Shown here: positions 14,667-26,537 of the stretch, one piece after another
How the letters are laid out: each line of letters starts with the position of its first letter
How positions within the stretch are numbered: the first letter of the stretch is position 1
Source of the DNA: Geosiphon pyriformis uo1
Lineage: Eukaryota > Fungi > Glomeromycota
Length of the DNA stretch: 64,000 nucleotides
Assembly (NCBI GenBank): GCA_016748015.1
Contig: JAAOMT010000072.1
Coordinates: 73,012-137,011 of the forward strand
Direction: 5' to 3'
Notes under the pieces: model-generated
Databases searched by the model: none
What the model was told of the DNA's origin: nothing
The model's input: only the letters and a program-made list of their open reading frames with translations
Made by a program: the position numbers and the translations under genes

Positions 14667-14718
14667 ATAATAAGAAACAAAGTGGATTTTAACAACCTCA
14701 CAGAGAGCACCACTTTTA

Positions 14719-15404
14719 TATTATGGGTTGGAGTAACAAGTTAACAAATAGCAAGAAAGAACAAAATTGTAAGATAATGAAAAAAATTAAAGAGAATTTA
14801 ACTTTAAAGAGTGAATTGAATAAGTATGAATTCAATATGTGAAATCAGTTTCATAAAATATCTCAGTTGCTATACTTTTTAAAAGATAACCAGAAAATCT
14901 GAAAATAGAGGGATAGTTCATACTGTTAATAAATAATCACATACTGATATAATTCTATGTCTCATGTCAGCACTCTTAGAATTTAATATCAGATATCAGA
15001 TGTACTCTTTAGTCATGTTTTATTCAATAATCTTCAAATGTTACAATTATACATTTCAAGAAAAAAGTAGAGAATAACCAACAAATAAGTTTTTATCTCA
15101 AAATGTTCAGATACTTGAAGATAGGAAAAGAGAAATTAGTAATAAGAGAAAGATTGAGATAAAAGTTGTTATTTTATTTATTTAATTTCCTTGATTTCTG
15201 ATATGTTTTGTATTTTTGATATGTTTTTCTATAGCTAAAAAATTCATTGCTTATATAGCTATTAAAAATGGTCAATAATCAAATCAACAGTCAAGTTAAT
15301 AATTAGGTTAATAATTGCTATCTAAAAATAGGATGGCTAATTATGTGATATCAGTGGCTAATACATGTGATAATTAATAAAAAGTGTGAGTTTCAACTGT
15401 AACA
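14719..15404 (-). repeat. 5' LTR of B' (686 bp)
   Basis: Pairs with 7661-8394. Followed by PBS TGGTGCTCTCTGTGAGG. Four 12-bp repeats. Confidence 0.95.
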
Positions 15405-15921
15405 ATATTAATGTATATTTCTTAATATTTGAAGCTTATTTAATCTATTTATAAGAAGTATTTTAATGATTACAAAAAGCAGAATTGAAATTAAACATTA
15501 GCAAATATTACTTTGGAAAAACAAGTTTGACTTTTCTTAGTTATATTGTTAATAAAGATAGAGTTTTACTCGATTTAGAAATAATTAATACTATAAAAAA
15601 TTTCAAAGTATTCTAAAATACTACAAAACTAAAAAAATTTGTTGATTTAGCTTTTAGTATTATCTTATTATAATTAGATAACAATAGCAATAAGTAAGTT
15701 ATTATTTATGCAAGTAAAACACTCAAGTTAACAAAACTTAAATATGGTTTTATGAAATTAAAAGCAATAGTTATTATCTTAACTCTTAAATATTTTTAGA
15801 AATACTTTTAAAGAAAACCAGAATTTGATATTATTATAGATAATATTGGTCTTAAATAGCTAAATAAAAAGAAATTTAAACAAAATATTAAACAATTTTA
15901 ATAGAACAATTTTCTAGCCAA
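15405..15921 (+). pseudogene. Continuation of remnant G (RT C-half/RNase H)
   Basis: Resumes the RT reading after B'. Homologous to 55770-56480 with an internal deletion. Confidence 0.75.
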
Positions 15922-18900
15922 TATTATTAAAAGTTTTTAGTCTTTTTTTGGATTTTGTTGTTGTTGCTTTACTATTAATTTCTAATTATTAAAAGTTATT
16001 AAATCTCTAATAACTGAATTTATTTTTAAATTATTTTCTATAATTTAAATTGCTAAACTTATAAGTAGAATAACTAATTTTGTACCAGTTATTTATATAT
16101 TTACTTTACAGTAAAAATCAACTTTTTTTTAAAAAACACTTATCTAAAAACTCACTAAAATATATAGTTACTTTGTTATAAAAATTAACTTTTTTATAGA
16201 AATTTTATCTGTAAGTTATTCTAATGTATATTATAAAAAATATATAAATATAAATATAAATATAAATATAAAATAAATGAAATTTCATTATAAAAATTGT
16301 TTTCTGTCCAAGTTTAAAGTTATTAACAAATTATTAAAATTGGTAGTTAATTAATTTTAAAACATTAATTGAATTTAAAAAAGTTTCAAGTATGATAATT
16401 TGTTTTTTAAAATATTTTGTTTTATTAATTTGTAGAAATAATAATACTTTTAAAGTAAGATAATTCTAAGTAAGATATATTTTTTTTAAAAAAAAAGTTT
16501 TTTTTTATACAACTTATTATAGTACTAGTTTTTGAACTTGAATTTTTTTTGCTATAATTTTAATAAATTAAAAATACATTTTGACAAATTATAAGTTGTT
16601 TTTACAAACTATGAATTATTTTAGTAAACTATTAAAATATTTGCAAATTTTACAAATTTTAATAAATTCTTGACTGTTATAAAGTTTGGTATATTGTATA
16701 ATTTAATTATTGTATTTATGTATTGTACAAATTAAGTTATTAATTAAATAGTAATTTTTGATAATTTAATTAATTAATAAGTAATAATTAAATGATAATA
16801 ATATATGTTTATTGATAATAGAAATTATAAAAATAATTTTATATTAATTAATAACTAAAATTCTACTAATAATATAATTTTTTTCTCAAAACTGAGCTTT
16901 ATTAAAGTTCAAATACTATTTGTAATATATAAATAATAATTCAGATTTATTGAAGTAATTTAGTCTAAAAATTATTAAAATTCTTATTTTGTAAGCTTGC
17001 TAATATATTGTATTATTATTAATTAAAATATTGGATTTTGTAAAATAGTTTTACAAGTATTAAATAAGTTATAAAATCTAAAAACTGCTTTGAATTTGTA
17101 GCAAGTATTTGTTGGCCTAACTGTTGTTTTAAATTTATTGTATATTTGTTTTTTTATTGCTTTAAAAGTAAAATTGGTTGTTTTAAGTTCTAGTTTTTAT
17201 TGGTAAAGTGTTTTTTCAATTTAAAAGTATTAATAAATAAGATTATATTACTACTTCTATTAAAATACAATTGAAGTTTTTGTTGTATTGTAGTATTCAA
17301 AAAAATATTCATAAAAATAAACAATAAGTTTTTTTTTAAAGCTTGCTTTAAAAGTTCTGGTAAATAAATTCTAGAATAACTTTTTGTGTTGTTTTATAAA
17401 AGTAATAATTTTAAAAATTATTTACTACTAATATTGTAGTTTTTTTTTGAATATAATTAATTTGATTTTTATTAATTGTTATAAATAAGTCAGAAAATGT
17501 TTTTAAAGCTAACATTAATTTTTAAGATATTTGTTAAATGTTTTAAAAAATAATTATTATAAAATTTTTAAGAAAAAATAAAAAAAGAATTTTTATTTTT
17601 AGTATAGAGATTTTTATATATTTTTGATTTAAGTATTTTTTTAGCAATTATTTTCTATTTTTGTTTAATGTTTTTATGTTATTTTGAAAAAAATACTAAT
17701 ATAAAATAAATTAAATATTTAAATTTAATTGTTGTTTTATTACAATTATTAATTCTAAGTTTCAAAAAATATTTTCAAAATTAATTACAAAAAAATATGT
17801 ACTAATTTATGAAATTAATAATTTGAAATTGGTTTTGAAGTAGTAGTGTTTTAATTAATTTTTATGTACAACTTTTGTTAAAACTTTGTTATTAAGTTTT
17901 AATTTATATAATTCATTGTTTAAAACTTTATAAATATAGAATAATCTATCTTATTTATGTTTAAATTTTTTATTCTATTGTTTTTTAGCTTTAATTCTAT
18001 GTAAGAAAACTTTGTTTTTAATTTGAAATTTATTAGTAGCAAATAGCAGTTTATTATTATGCCAGTTTTTTTGTTGGGCTTAAAAGTATTTAATATAAAT
18101 AACTGTAATTTGTTACTTTTCTTCCAAAATGTTAAAAAAAGTATATACTCTTTATTAAAATGTTTCTTAAAAGTTTTTTTCTGTAATTGGTTGCATTAAG
18201 TAAATTTTTATTGTAAAATTAATTGGTAATATTGCTGTTTTCTCATAAGTTAAGTCAAATAATATGTGTTTTATTATATTTGCTTTAGTATTCTATATAT
18301 TAGTAACACTAATAAAATAAAAATATCTTATTTCTGTTTAAAATTAATTAAAATTTTGGCTAATAATTTATATAATATCTAATTGAATTGTTTTGTAAAT
18401 CTATTTGTTTATAGATAATAAAATAAGAAAAAGGGTTTTTTGATATTAAATTGTTTACAAATTTTTTATATTAAATTGTTCACAAAATGTATTTCTTAAT
18501 TAGATAAAAGTCTAATTAGATATTTGTATCTACACATAATATTTTTGTAAATAAAATTTGCTATTAATTTTGTATTTGTTTGTTAAATAACTCTTTAGGC
18601 TATTTAGTAAGATTATTTATTACAATTACAATATAACAGTTTTTTTGAATTATAATAGATAGTAGTCTAACTAAATTAATATTAACTTTATTAAAAGATT
18701 ATTTAACCTTGATTAGATTTAAAGATTTAATAGGATAAGTTTTTACTTTTTTTTGATAACTATTACAAGATTTTACATATTCTTAATGTTTTTTTGCATA
18801 TAAAACCAAAAATAATGTTTAAGTATTCTTTAGATTGTACTATTTTTTTTTAAGTATGTTGATAAGAAAGCTATATACATGTTATATATAATTGGTTTTT

Positions 18901-19069
18901 TTTGGTTTGTTATATTAATCTGAAAGAGTTTGTTAAATTTTTGTAATTTAAGAAATATTATTTTGTTTAATGTTGTAATTAATGTTTTTTACTTAAACAC
19001 CAATTTTTTAACATGATAAAAGTTTTTAAATAATTTTTGATGTTATAGTTTTCGAAATCTATTGTATGT
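15922..19069 (-). mobile_element. Very old C-family element D, 3' part (3' LTR 15922-16874, ORF3, integrase)
   Basis: Reverse complement aligns, with heavy C>T/G>A decay, to 56620-59820 (PPT/LTR junction at 16874, integrase at 17900-19069). Confidence 0.75.
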
Positions 19070-19914
19070 TGTTATTCTTAGAATATAGGAAGTATATTAG
19101 CATATAAATTAGCCAATCAAAAGTAGCCATAGTAAATGTAAAATTCCAGGATTTCTTTCAGAGAAATTGCAGAATTCTAGAAATTTTAGGATTCTTATAT
19201 GAGGAATTCCAAATTTCCTCTTAAAGGAATTGCAAAATTCCAAGAATTCCAGAATTTCTGGTGTAAAAAATTGAGGAATTGAAGAATCTTAATTATGTAT
19301 ATATAGTAGTAGCATTAGAAGTAAAAAAGACAGACTTTTCAATTTAGATTTCATCTAAGCAATCTTCTAATTCACAAATATCAATAAATAATTATTTGCT
19401 ATTTTGATCCACTCTTTACTATTAACACTTTATGTTGATAGTCAATAATACTTAACTATACTAAAACAATAGCTCTTGATCATGACTATTGACAGAATAT
19501 TAATATTCATTGCTTTGGCTTATTTCTTTAATTTTTTTTATTTTTATTTTTTTATTTTGTTATTTGTTGTTAATTAATTGGATAAAAAGTAAAGCACTGA
19601 ATTATTGATGTCATGAATAGCCTGGTAAAAGACCCAAAAATAAGGATAATATCATATATATATTAATAGATAGCTTACCAAAAGGACATAACTGCCAGAA
19701 TAAAATTGGCCACCAAGCTAAAAAAAAATTGGACAGAATTGTAATTCTGGGAAGCTATTAAAAACACAACTGAATCTCTGTTTATTATACAAAAAACTCA
19801 ACTACAAAATCTTCAAATCACAAAAACCTTCAAATATTACCAGCATCATTAAGAATTAGCACCAAGTTATGGGTTTGCTATTTAAATTGAGATCTCAAAT
19901 ACTCACTTGTAATA
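19070..19914 (+). repeat. 5' LTR of A (845 bp)
   Basis: Direct repeat of 35853-36713. 9-bp repeats, TATA-like TATATATAG near 19298. Confidence 0.95.
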
Positions 19915-19933
19915 TTTGGTGCTTCCTGTAAAG

Positions 19934-21526
19934 TATAATTTTACAGAAAACCAGCACCAATAACAACTATCCAAAAGTGGCAAAATTAGAAAGAATAAGA
20001 ACAAACCATTTAGGATTTGCCAAATTTTTATTTCAATATTACTGTTAACACTTAGGATTAACCAGCAATTACTTATCAACAGAATCAGCCTTTAATTTCT
20101 ACATTAACAAAAGAATCTCATATTTGCTAAGAGTACCAGTAAAAATCAACTTAGCAAAAGGAAATTTTTACAACAAATTAATTCAAAATACTAGCTTACC
20201 AGTAAATTATAACTTCACCACAATTCTTACGAAAATTAATAGAAAAATTGAAAATTACATTCAATAAAGATACCCAATTACTTATGCAAACAAAGGCAAA
20301 GGAAAACTGCAAATACCAGCAGTAACATCTCAAAAAATACAACCACTCACTTGAAAGAAAACAAGACTTGAGTTACCAACCAATTCATTATATCACTATA
20401 TACCCAAAAGCACTATTAATATCTTATCAGCAAGCATGTCTATATTAAACATAAAAACACCATTGGTCCATATTCTATTTCAAAGTAAACAATTGAAAAC
20501 TGACCTATTAAGAACATATAATAAGTATTTTGAAGGATTTAAATTCCAATTGTCAATGCCATCAGGATTTTGATCACCACTACTTCAACCAGATTTTGGA
20601 ACCACAAGTCTTTGGAAAGTGATGAAATCAAAAGAAGAAGAAGATAAGGATCAAGAATTTAACTACCAAAACAGGAGTGTAAAAAACCCAGAAGTTAAAA
20701 CTCCAAATGTTCAAACTCAGCAAAACCTGATTTTGGAAAATCTGGAAATTGGAACTCCAAATATCCAAACTTCACAAAATCAGAATAATCCAAACCCCAA
20801 CATTAATAATCAACAAAACTTACCTCTGATAATTATTATTAATCAGTCATTAATTGAACCAATTGCTAAACCAATTTAATAGCCACAAGTACCACCTTAG
20901 CAACAATTACAACAACCACTTCAACAACCACAACAACTACCACCACCACCACCACCACTACCATCACTACCACCACCACTACTACTACCACCACCACCAC
21001 TCATAGCTCCAATGGTATATGCTCCAATTGCAAAAATTGAAAAGTTCACTAATGAAGAAGATAATGCCCAGATGTGGCTAAACAATGTCAAAAAAGCCAT
21101 TGCAATCAATAGATAGAATGACACCAGAGCCATGCAAGCCATTCCATACTTTTTGCAGAGTACTGCCAACTTATGATATTAAAGCTTGGTCAACAAACTC
21201 CAAGACTTCAATACATTTAAGCTTAAGTTTCTATAATACTTTAGTAACAATAATAGCATTAATTAACTGGCTAATATCTTTACCACCATTAAACAGAGAG
21301 ACACAGAAGCAGTTACTACATACCTAGGACACTTCCATAGGAATCTGTGCCAAATTTAGACAATACAAGCTGATTATTTTACCATGTCATAAATCTTAAA
21401 CCAGTTCATTAAAGGCTTGCACAGTAGTATCCTCCAATACATATGTCTATTGCATCTAGCAGATCTGTAAGCTGCAGTTACAAACACTAAGGATTTTGAA
21501 GCAGCAAAACTCAAAGCCAATCATAC
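19934..21526 (+). pseudogene. gag of A, N-terminal part
   Basis: Helical N-domain, poly-Q/P tract at 20880-21000, capsid-like 'MVYAPIAKIEKF..AQMWLNNV'. Continues at 29238 (KANH|TQAINL). Confidence 0.85.
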
Positions 21527-22182
21527 TGTTATGGTTGAAACCCATAATTTTTATTAGTTATCATATGTATTAGTTACTGATATCATATAATTAGCCACTC
21601 TATTTTTAGATAGTGATCATTGACCTGATTAATGACCTAACCGTTGACCTGGTCATTGACCACTTTCAATAGCTATATAAGCAATGAGTCTCTTAGCTGT
21701 AGAAAATCATCTCTCAGACAAGAATCAAATAAATAAAAATAACAACTTTCATCTCAATCACTCTCTTATTGCTAATTTCCCTTTCCCTACCTTCAAGTAT
21801 CCAAACATTTTAGGATAAAAAATTACTTGTTGGCCTTTTCCTGTTTGAATAATTGTAGTATTTGAAGATTATTTGTATAAACATGACTAAAGAGCACAAG
21901 TTGATACCTGATATTGAATTCTAAGAGTGCTGACATAAAGGCATAGAATTAATACCAGTGGTGATTAATTGTTGACAGTACAGACTATCTCTCTACTTTC
22001 AGATTCCCTTGTTACCTTTTGAAAAGAATAGCAACTGAGATATTTTATGAGACTGATCTCGCACATTGAATCCATACTTATTCAATTCGCTCATTAAAGT
22101 TGAATTCCCTTTGATTATTTCCATCATCCTACAATCCTGTTCTCTCTTGCTATCTGTTAGCTTGTTACTTCAACCCATAACA
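21527..22182 (+). repeat. 5' LTR of B (656 bp)
   Basis: TGTTA..TAACA. Four 12-bp CATTGACCTGAT units. CTATATAAG TATA-like box near 21673. Confidence 0.95.
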
Positions 22183-22188
22183 TAAAAG

Positions 22189-22205
22189 TGGTGCTCCCTG
22201 TGAGG
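22189..22205 (+). promoter_or_regulatory. Primer-binding site of B
   Basis: TGGTGCTCCCTGTGAGG 6 nt after the LTR. Confidence 0.9.
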
Positions 22206-22234
22206 TTGTCAAAATTCACTTATTTCCTCATTGT

Positions 22235-23791
22235 ATGGGTGATTACTCATATTTGTCACAGCAATCAGAAGAACACTTTACAGCACACAACAGAAACAAT
22301 CTAGATTTCATTGAACTTAATCCTTTGCCCTTTTGCTTGATCTGCTTTCCCCTTGAAGAACAATCTAGTAGACAATTCCAAGACTTTTGGAACTGGTTTT
22401 TGAACGAGCATTCAGCTGAAACCTACACAGCTTATACAACCTATTACTTTAACCAAGCTTATTTTAAAAACGACTTTGAAGAAAGAAACAACAGTATCAA
22501 TCAGCTTTTATATTCTGCAACCTTTGAACAACAGCCCTCTGATTTCGAATATCTGAATCATCAAATCCACATTTGGATTGCTGCCCATCAAGCAACTGAA
22601 ACTCTCTTTGAAACAGAAGAAGAAAGCTACCAAACTGCCCCTGTTTTTGACCTTTTATCAAGCGAATCAGACTCGTCTACACAAACAGTTACCCCTGAAC
22701 TAATGGCTAATAACCCCATGCAAGCAAACATTCTGGCCACCCTCCAAGGTATACAAACTGCTCTAAGAAGAAGAAACAATACTCCACTACTACTATTTAG
22801 AGGTGATGCACAAGATCCAATTGAATGGTTGGATGATTTTGAGAGAGCTGCCACAGCCAACTAATATGATGAAGAATACAAGTTCCAAATCATTGGTGGC
22901 TACCTTCAAGGCTTTCCTGCTACTTGGTTCTCACAAGAAACAGATGTCAATGCTCAACACAAAATAATCAGATGGACACCAATCAATGCTGGAGAAGAAA
23001 ATACCTCTTTCATTACCCGATTTGAGACCAAGTTCAGAACCCCAATATTAATATCCAAATGGCACATGGAATTGGAAAGAAAAACCCAAGGCCCTAGAGA
23101 AGTAGTGACTGAATATGTCAAAGCTATTAGAAAGCTAATCAAACATATAGACTCTTGGAGAAACTGGACAGAAGAACAAAAAATTCATTCCTTTACAAAA
23201 GGATTGAGAACTGATTTATCTTATGCTCTTTGGCCTCTTTTGGCCCTAAAAGACAACCCTACAATGGACATGGCCATTGAACTTGCCCAATGAATTGAAG
23301 ACAACCAAAGAATACATTTGGGATCTACATTTCTAGTTTTTGCTCCTGCTCCTGTTATGGCTCTTGCTCCTCAAATAGCTGCTGTTTCTTTTGCTGCCCA
23401 AACTCAAGATCCAAATGAACAATTAATTGATAGACTCACAGTCAATCTTGCCTGGTTATTAGAACCTTTGGCACAAGCAGTCAGTAATAACCAGCAACCA
23501 CCAAGATCTAAATATGAACCTTGTTTTAACTAGCCTCAGCAATCTCCCTATTAAAGACAGCAAAATTGTGGCCCACCTGTGTGCTATCATTGTGGATTAA
23601 CTGGACATTATTCAAGAGATTGTAATAATTCTCCACTGCCTCCTCTAGCTCTCAGAAACAATGACAACCAAAACAACAGACCCAACAACAACAACAATGT
23701 CCCCAATCAAAGACCCAATCATGCCAACATCAATTTCTTTGGAGAGGATCCCCTAGTTGAAGCCATTGTTTATCAGCCTTTAAACTGGTAG
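22235..23791 (+). pseudogene. gag of B
   Basis: ATG after the PBS. 'DPIEWLDDFERAA' capsid motif, CYHCGLTGHYSRDC zinc knuckle. A few in-frame stops. Confidence 0.92.
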
Positions 23792-23830
23792 GCACACCTC
23801 CAAAGGGTGAGAGTGCAAGCCAACCAGAAA
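23779..23830 (+). promoter_or_regulatory. Putative -1 ribosomal frameshift signal (T TTA AAC + stem-loop)
   Basis: Heptamer in the gag frame just before the gag stop. The -1 frame is open into the protease. Conserved in B'. Confidence 0.7.
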
Positions 23831-26470
23831 AAAACCCCTTTTATGCTTTTAACTTAATTGATGATGACCATGACATGGATGAACTAGCAATCAACACCTC
23901 AGAACCAACCAGAAAGAAGAAGAAAGCCAAGATTGATTTCGTTCTAGACTCCAATAAAGCCTCAACTTCTGCTGCTGATAACAATGAGCCACCAAAGACT
24001 AAAGTTTTTAAGAATCCTTCAAAGTTGGAACCCCCAGAAATTGTACAAAAATCTGGACTCTATTCTGTTGTCAAAGATCTCATGGAAACCCCAGCACATA
24101 TTACCTTTGGCCAGTTAATGACCCATCCACAGTTCAGAAAGGATCTTCGCAAATTCTTGATCCCAAAGAAGAAGACACCAAAAACCAACAAGCGCTCTTG
24201 CCAAGCTGGACTTGCTGACAACAGCAATGTCACCCCTCTGATTTGTAAAGCCCAAGTGGCTGGATACTTCATTGACTTAATTCTAAACAGTGTATCATCT
24301 GTTAGTGTCATTGCCAAACACTTCTTAGAAGCAATTGGTAGAAAGATTGATAAACCTTCCATCAGACCAATGACCAATGTACATGGTGACAAAAAAAAAG
24401 GACTGGGTATTGCCAAAGCTGTTCCTGTCCACATTAATGGAATCAGCATTAAAACTGACATGGAAGTTTCTGAAGCCAAGGAATACACCATCATTGTTGG
24501 CAATAAATAGCTCAAGAAAGCAAAAGCTTTGCTTGATTATAAACTTTGTGAATTAACCATCAGATGTGGTGAGAAATCCATTGTGGTTAAGTGTCACTAT
24601 TGGACAACTCCTCCAGTATCCAAACAAAACCAAGAAGAAGAACAATCAGATGAATCAGATGATAAAGAGAGCGATGAAGAAGAAAAACAAGAAGAACAAG
24701 AAGAAACTGCTGAACTTGCCTATATCACCTTTACCAACAATGGCAAACCACTGGACAATGTTAAAGCAGACAAAGAAGAAATCATTGTAAATGGCAAGCT
24801 AATCTGCTGGCCTTATTATGATATTCTTAGAAGAACCTTTGAAAAAAAACCTGGCAAAAAAGCCAAATACAGTTTTTGGTGGCATAGTTCTTGTGTCCAG
24901 TGTTAGTGCAACAAACTCTTGTATTCTCCAAGCAATGAATACAAATTATGCCTGATCTATTACAGAGATTGGGAACCAATCAGTTTGATACCCAGAGAAG
25001 AATTGAAAGAAATACAGAAGTTCTTTGAGAATGAACCACTTGAGATCCAAACACTGGTTGTAGAACAAAAAGAACCCTTCCCAGAAGAAAGAAAAATAGA
25101 CATTGAAAATTTGCTGGCTAGAAATAGCCCAGTTATCTCCAAAAAAGTGATACCCTTGAACGTACCTTTGTGATATAACATACTATCACCACCAGAGAAA
25201 CTTGACCCATCCATTTGAAGCCTTATCAATCCAATCGGTGCAATGATGAGTTTATTAAGAAAGAGATAAACCGGATGAAAGAACTTGGATTCATACAAGA
25301 AACCAAGAATGAATGGGCTTTCTCAGTTGTAGTGGTATCCAAGAAAGATAGAACACTATGCTTTTGTGTCAACTATTGCCAATTAAATGCCATTATTGAA
25401 AGAGACATGTACCTACTTCCCAAGATTGATGCAATGTTAGACTAATTCAAAAATGCTGCTTTCTTCTCAACTATTGCTTAACTGCTGGATTCTGGCAAGT
25501 AGAGATAGATCCAGAAAGCAAAAAGAAAACTGCCTTTATCACCAAGTATGGCACCTATGAATTCACAGTCATGTCTTTTGGTCTCACCAACGCCCCTCCC
25601 ACCTTTCAATGCTTAATGGATAAAGTATTTGAATCAGTCAAGAAAAATTTTGTTCTAGTCTATTTGGATAATATAATGATATACTCAAAAATCTGGGGTG
25701 AACACCTGAAACATTTGCAAAAGATTTTTGACCTCTTCAGAAATACTGGCCTCAAAATCAACCCAATCAAATCTTTCTTTGAAAGACAATCCACCCAGTT
25801 CCTTGGTCATCTTATTACAAAAAATGGAATCTTTCCTGACCCAGCCAAAGTTGAAAAAGTCCAAAACATCAAACAACCAATGAACATTCATGAACTATGC
25901 TTTTTTCTTGGTTTGGCCTCTTATTATTGCAAATTTGTCAAGAATTTCTCCAAAATCACCTCTCCTCTCAATCAGCTACTCAGGAAAAATGTCAATTACC
26001 ATTGGGGAACACATTAGCAAAAAGCTTTTGAAACTTTAAAGAAAAAACTGGTTACAGAACCCATTCTCAAGCAACCTGATCTAGATCAATCCTTTATTTT
26101 CTACACTGATGCATCTGGCTTTGGACTTGGTGCTGTTCTCTCCCAGAAAGATGAAGATAGCAAAGAACATGCCATAGCCTATGTCAGTAGAACTCTTTCC
26201 CCAGCAGAACAGAACTATTCAGTCACTAAACAAGAATGCTTAGCAGTAATATGGTCCACCAGTTACTGAAGCAAATATCTTCTTGGTATGAAGTTTTTGG
26301 TGGTAACAGATCACCAAGCTTTGGTTTGGCTGTGCAACAAAAAGAGACTAGAACACAAACGGATAACTTGCTAGATACTTCACTTGGATGAATTTGACTA
26401 TAATATTCAACATTACAAAGGAGCTAATTATCAAAATGCCGATGCTCTCTTCAGACTTACCATCCAGTGA
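23779..26470 (+). pseudogene. pro-RT-RNase H of B
   Basis: LIL(D)S protease, FGLTNAP, VYLDNI, FLGH, YTDASGFGLGAVL, NADAL(S)RLTIQ*. Confidence 0.93.
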
Positions 26471-26537
26471 CAGAACAACCCTCTCAAACCAAACCAACTT
26501 AATTATTAGTAATTCCCCTTTTTTGACAAACACAATA

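Larger units (their letters stand above)
7661..15404 (-). mobile_element. Full-length B-family LTR retrotransposon B', decayed
   Basis: LTRs 7661-8394 and 14719-15404. TSD ATAC (7657-7660)/ATAT (15405-15408). PBS 14696-14712. Gag, pol, IN and ORF3 colinear with 21527-29233. Confidence 0.95.

Noticed and set aside
23768-23805. 38-nt GT..AG intron joining gag to pol
   Set aside because: Very short with a weak donor (GTTTAT). A canonical slippery heptamer explains the junction better, though the intron is not formally excluded.
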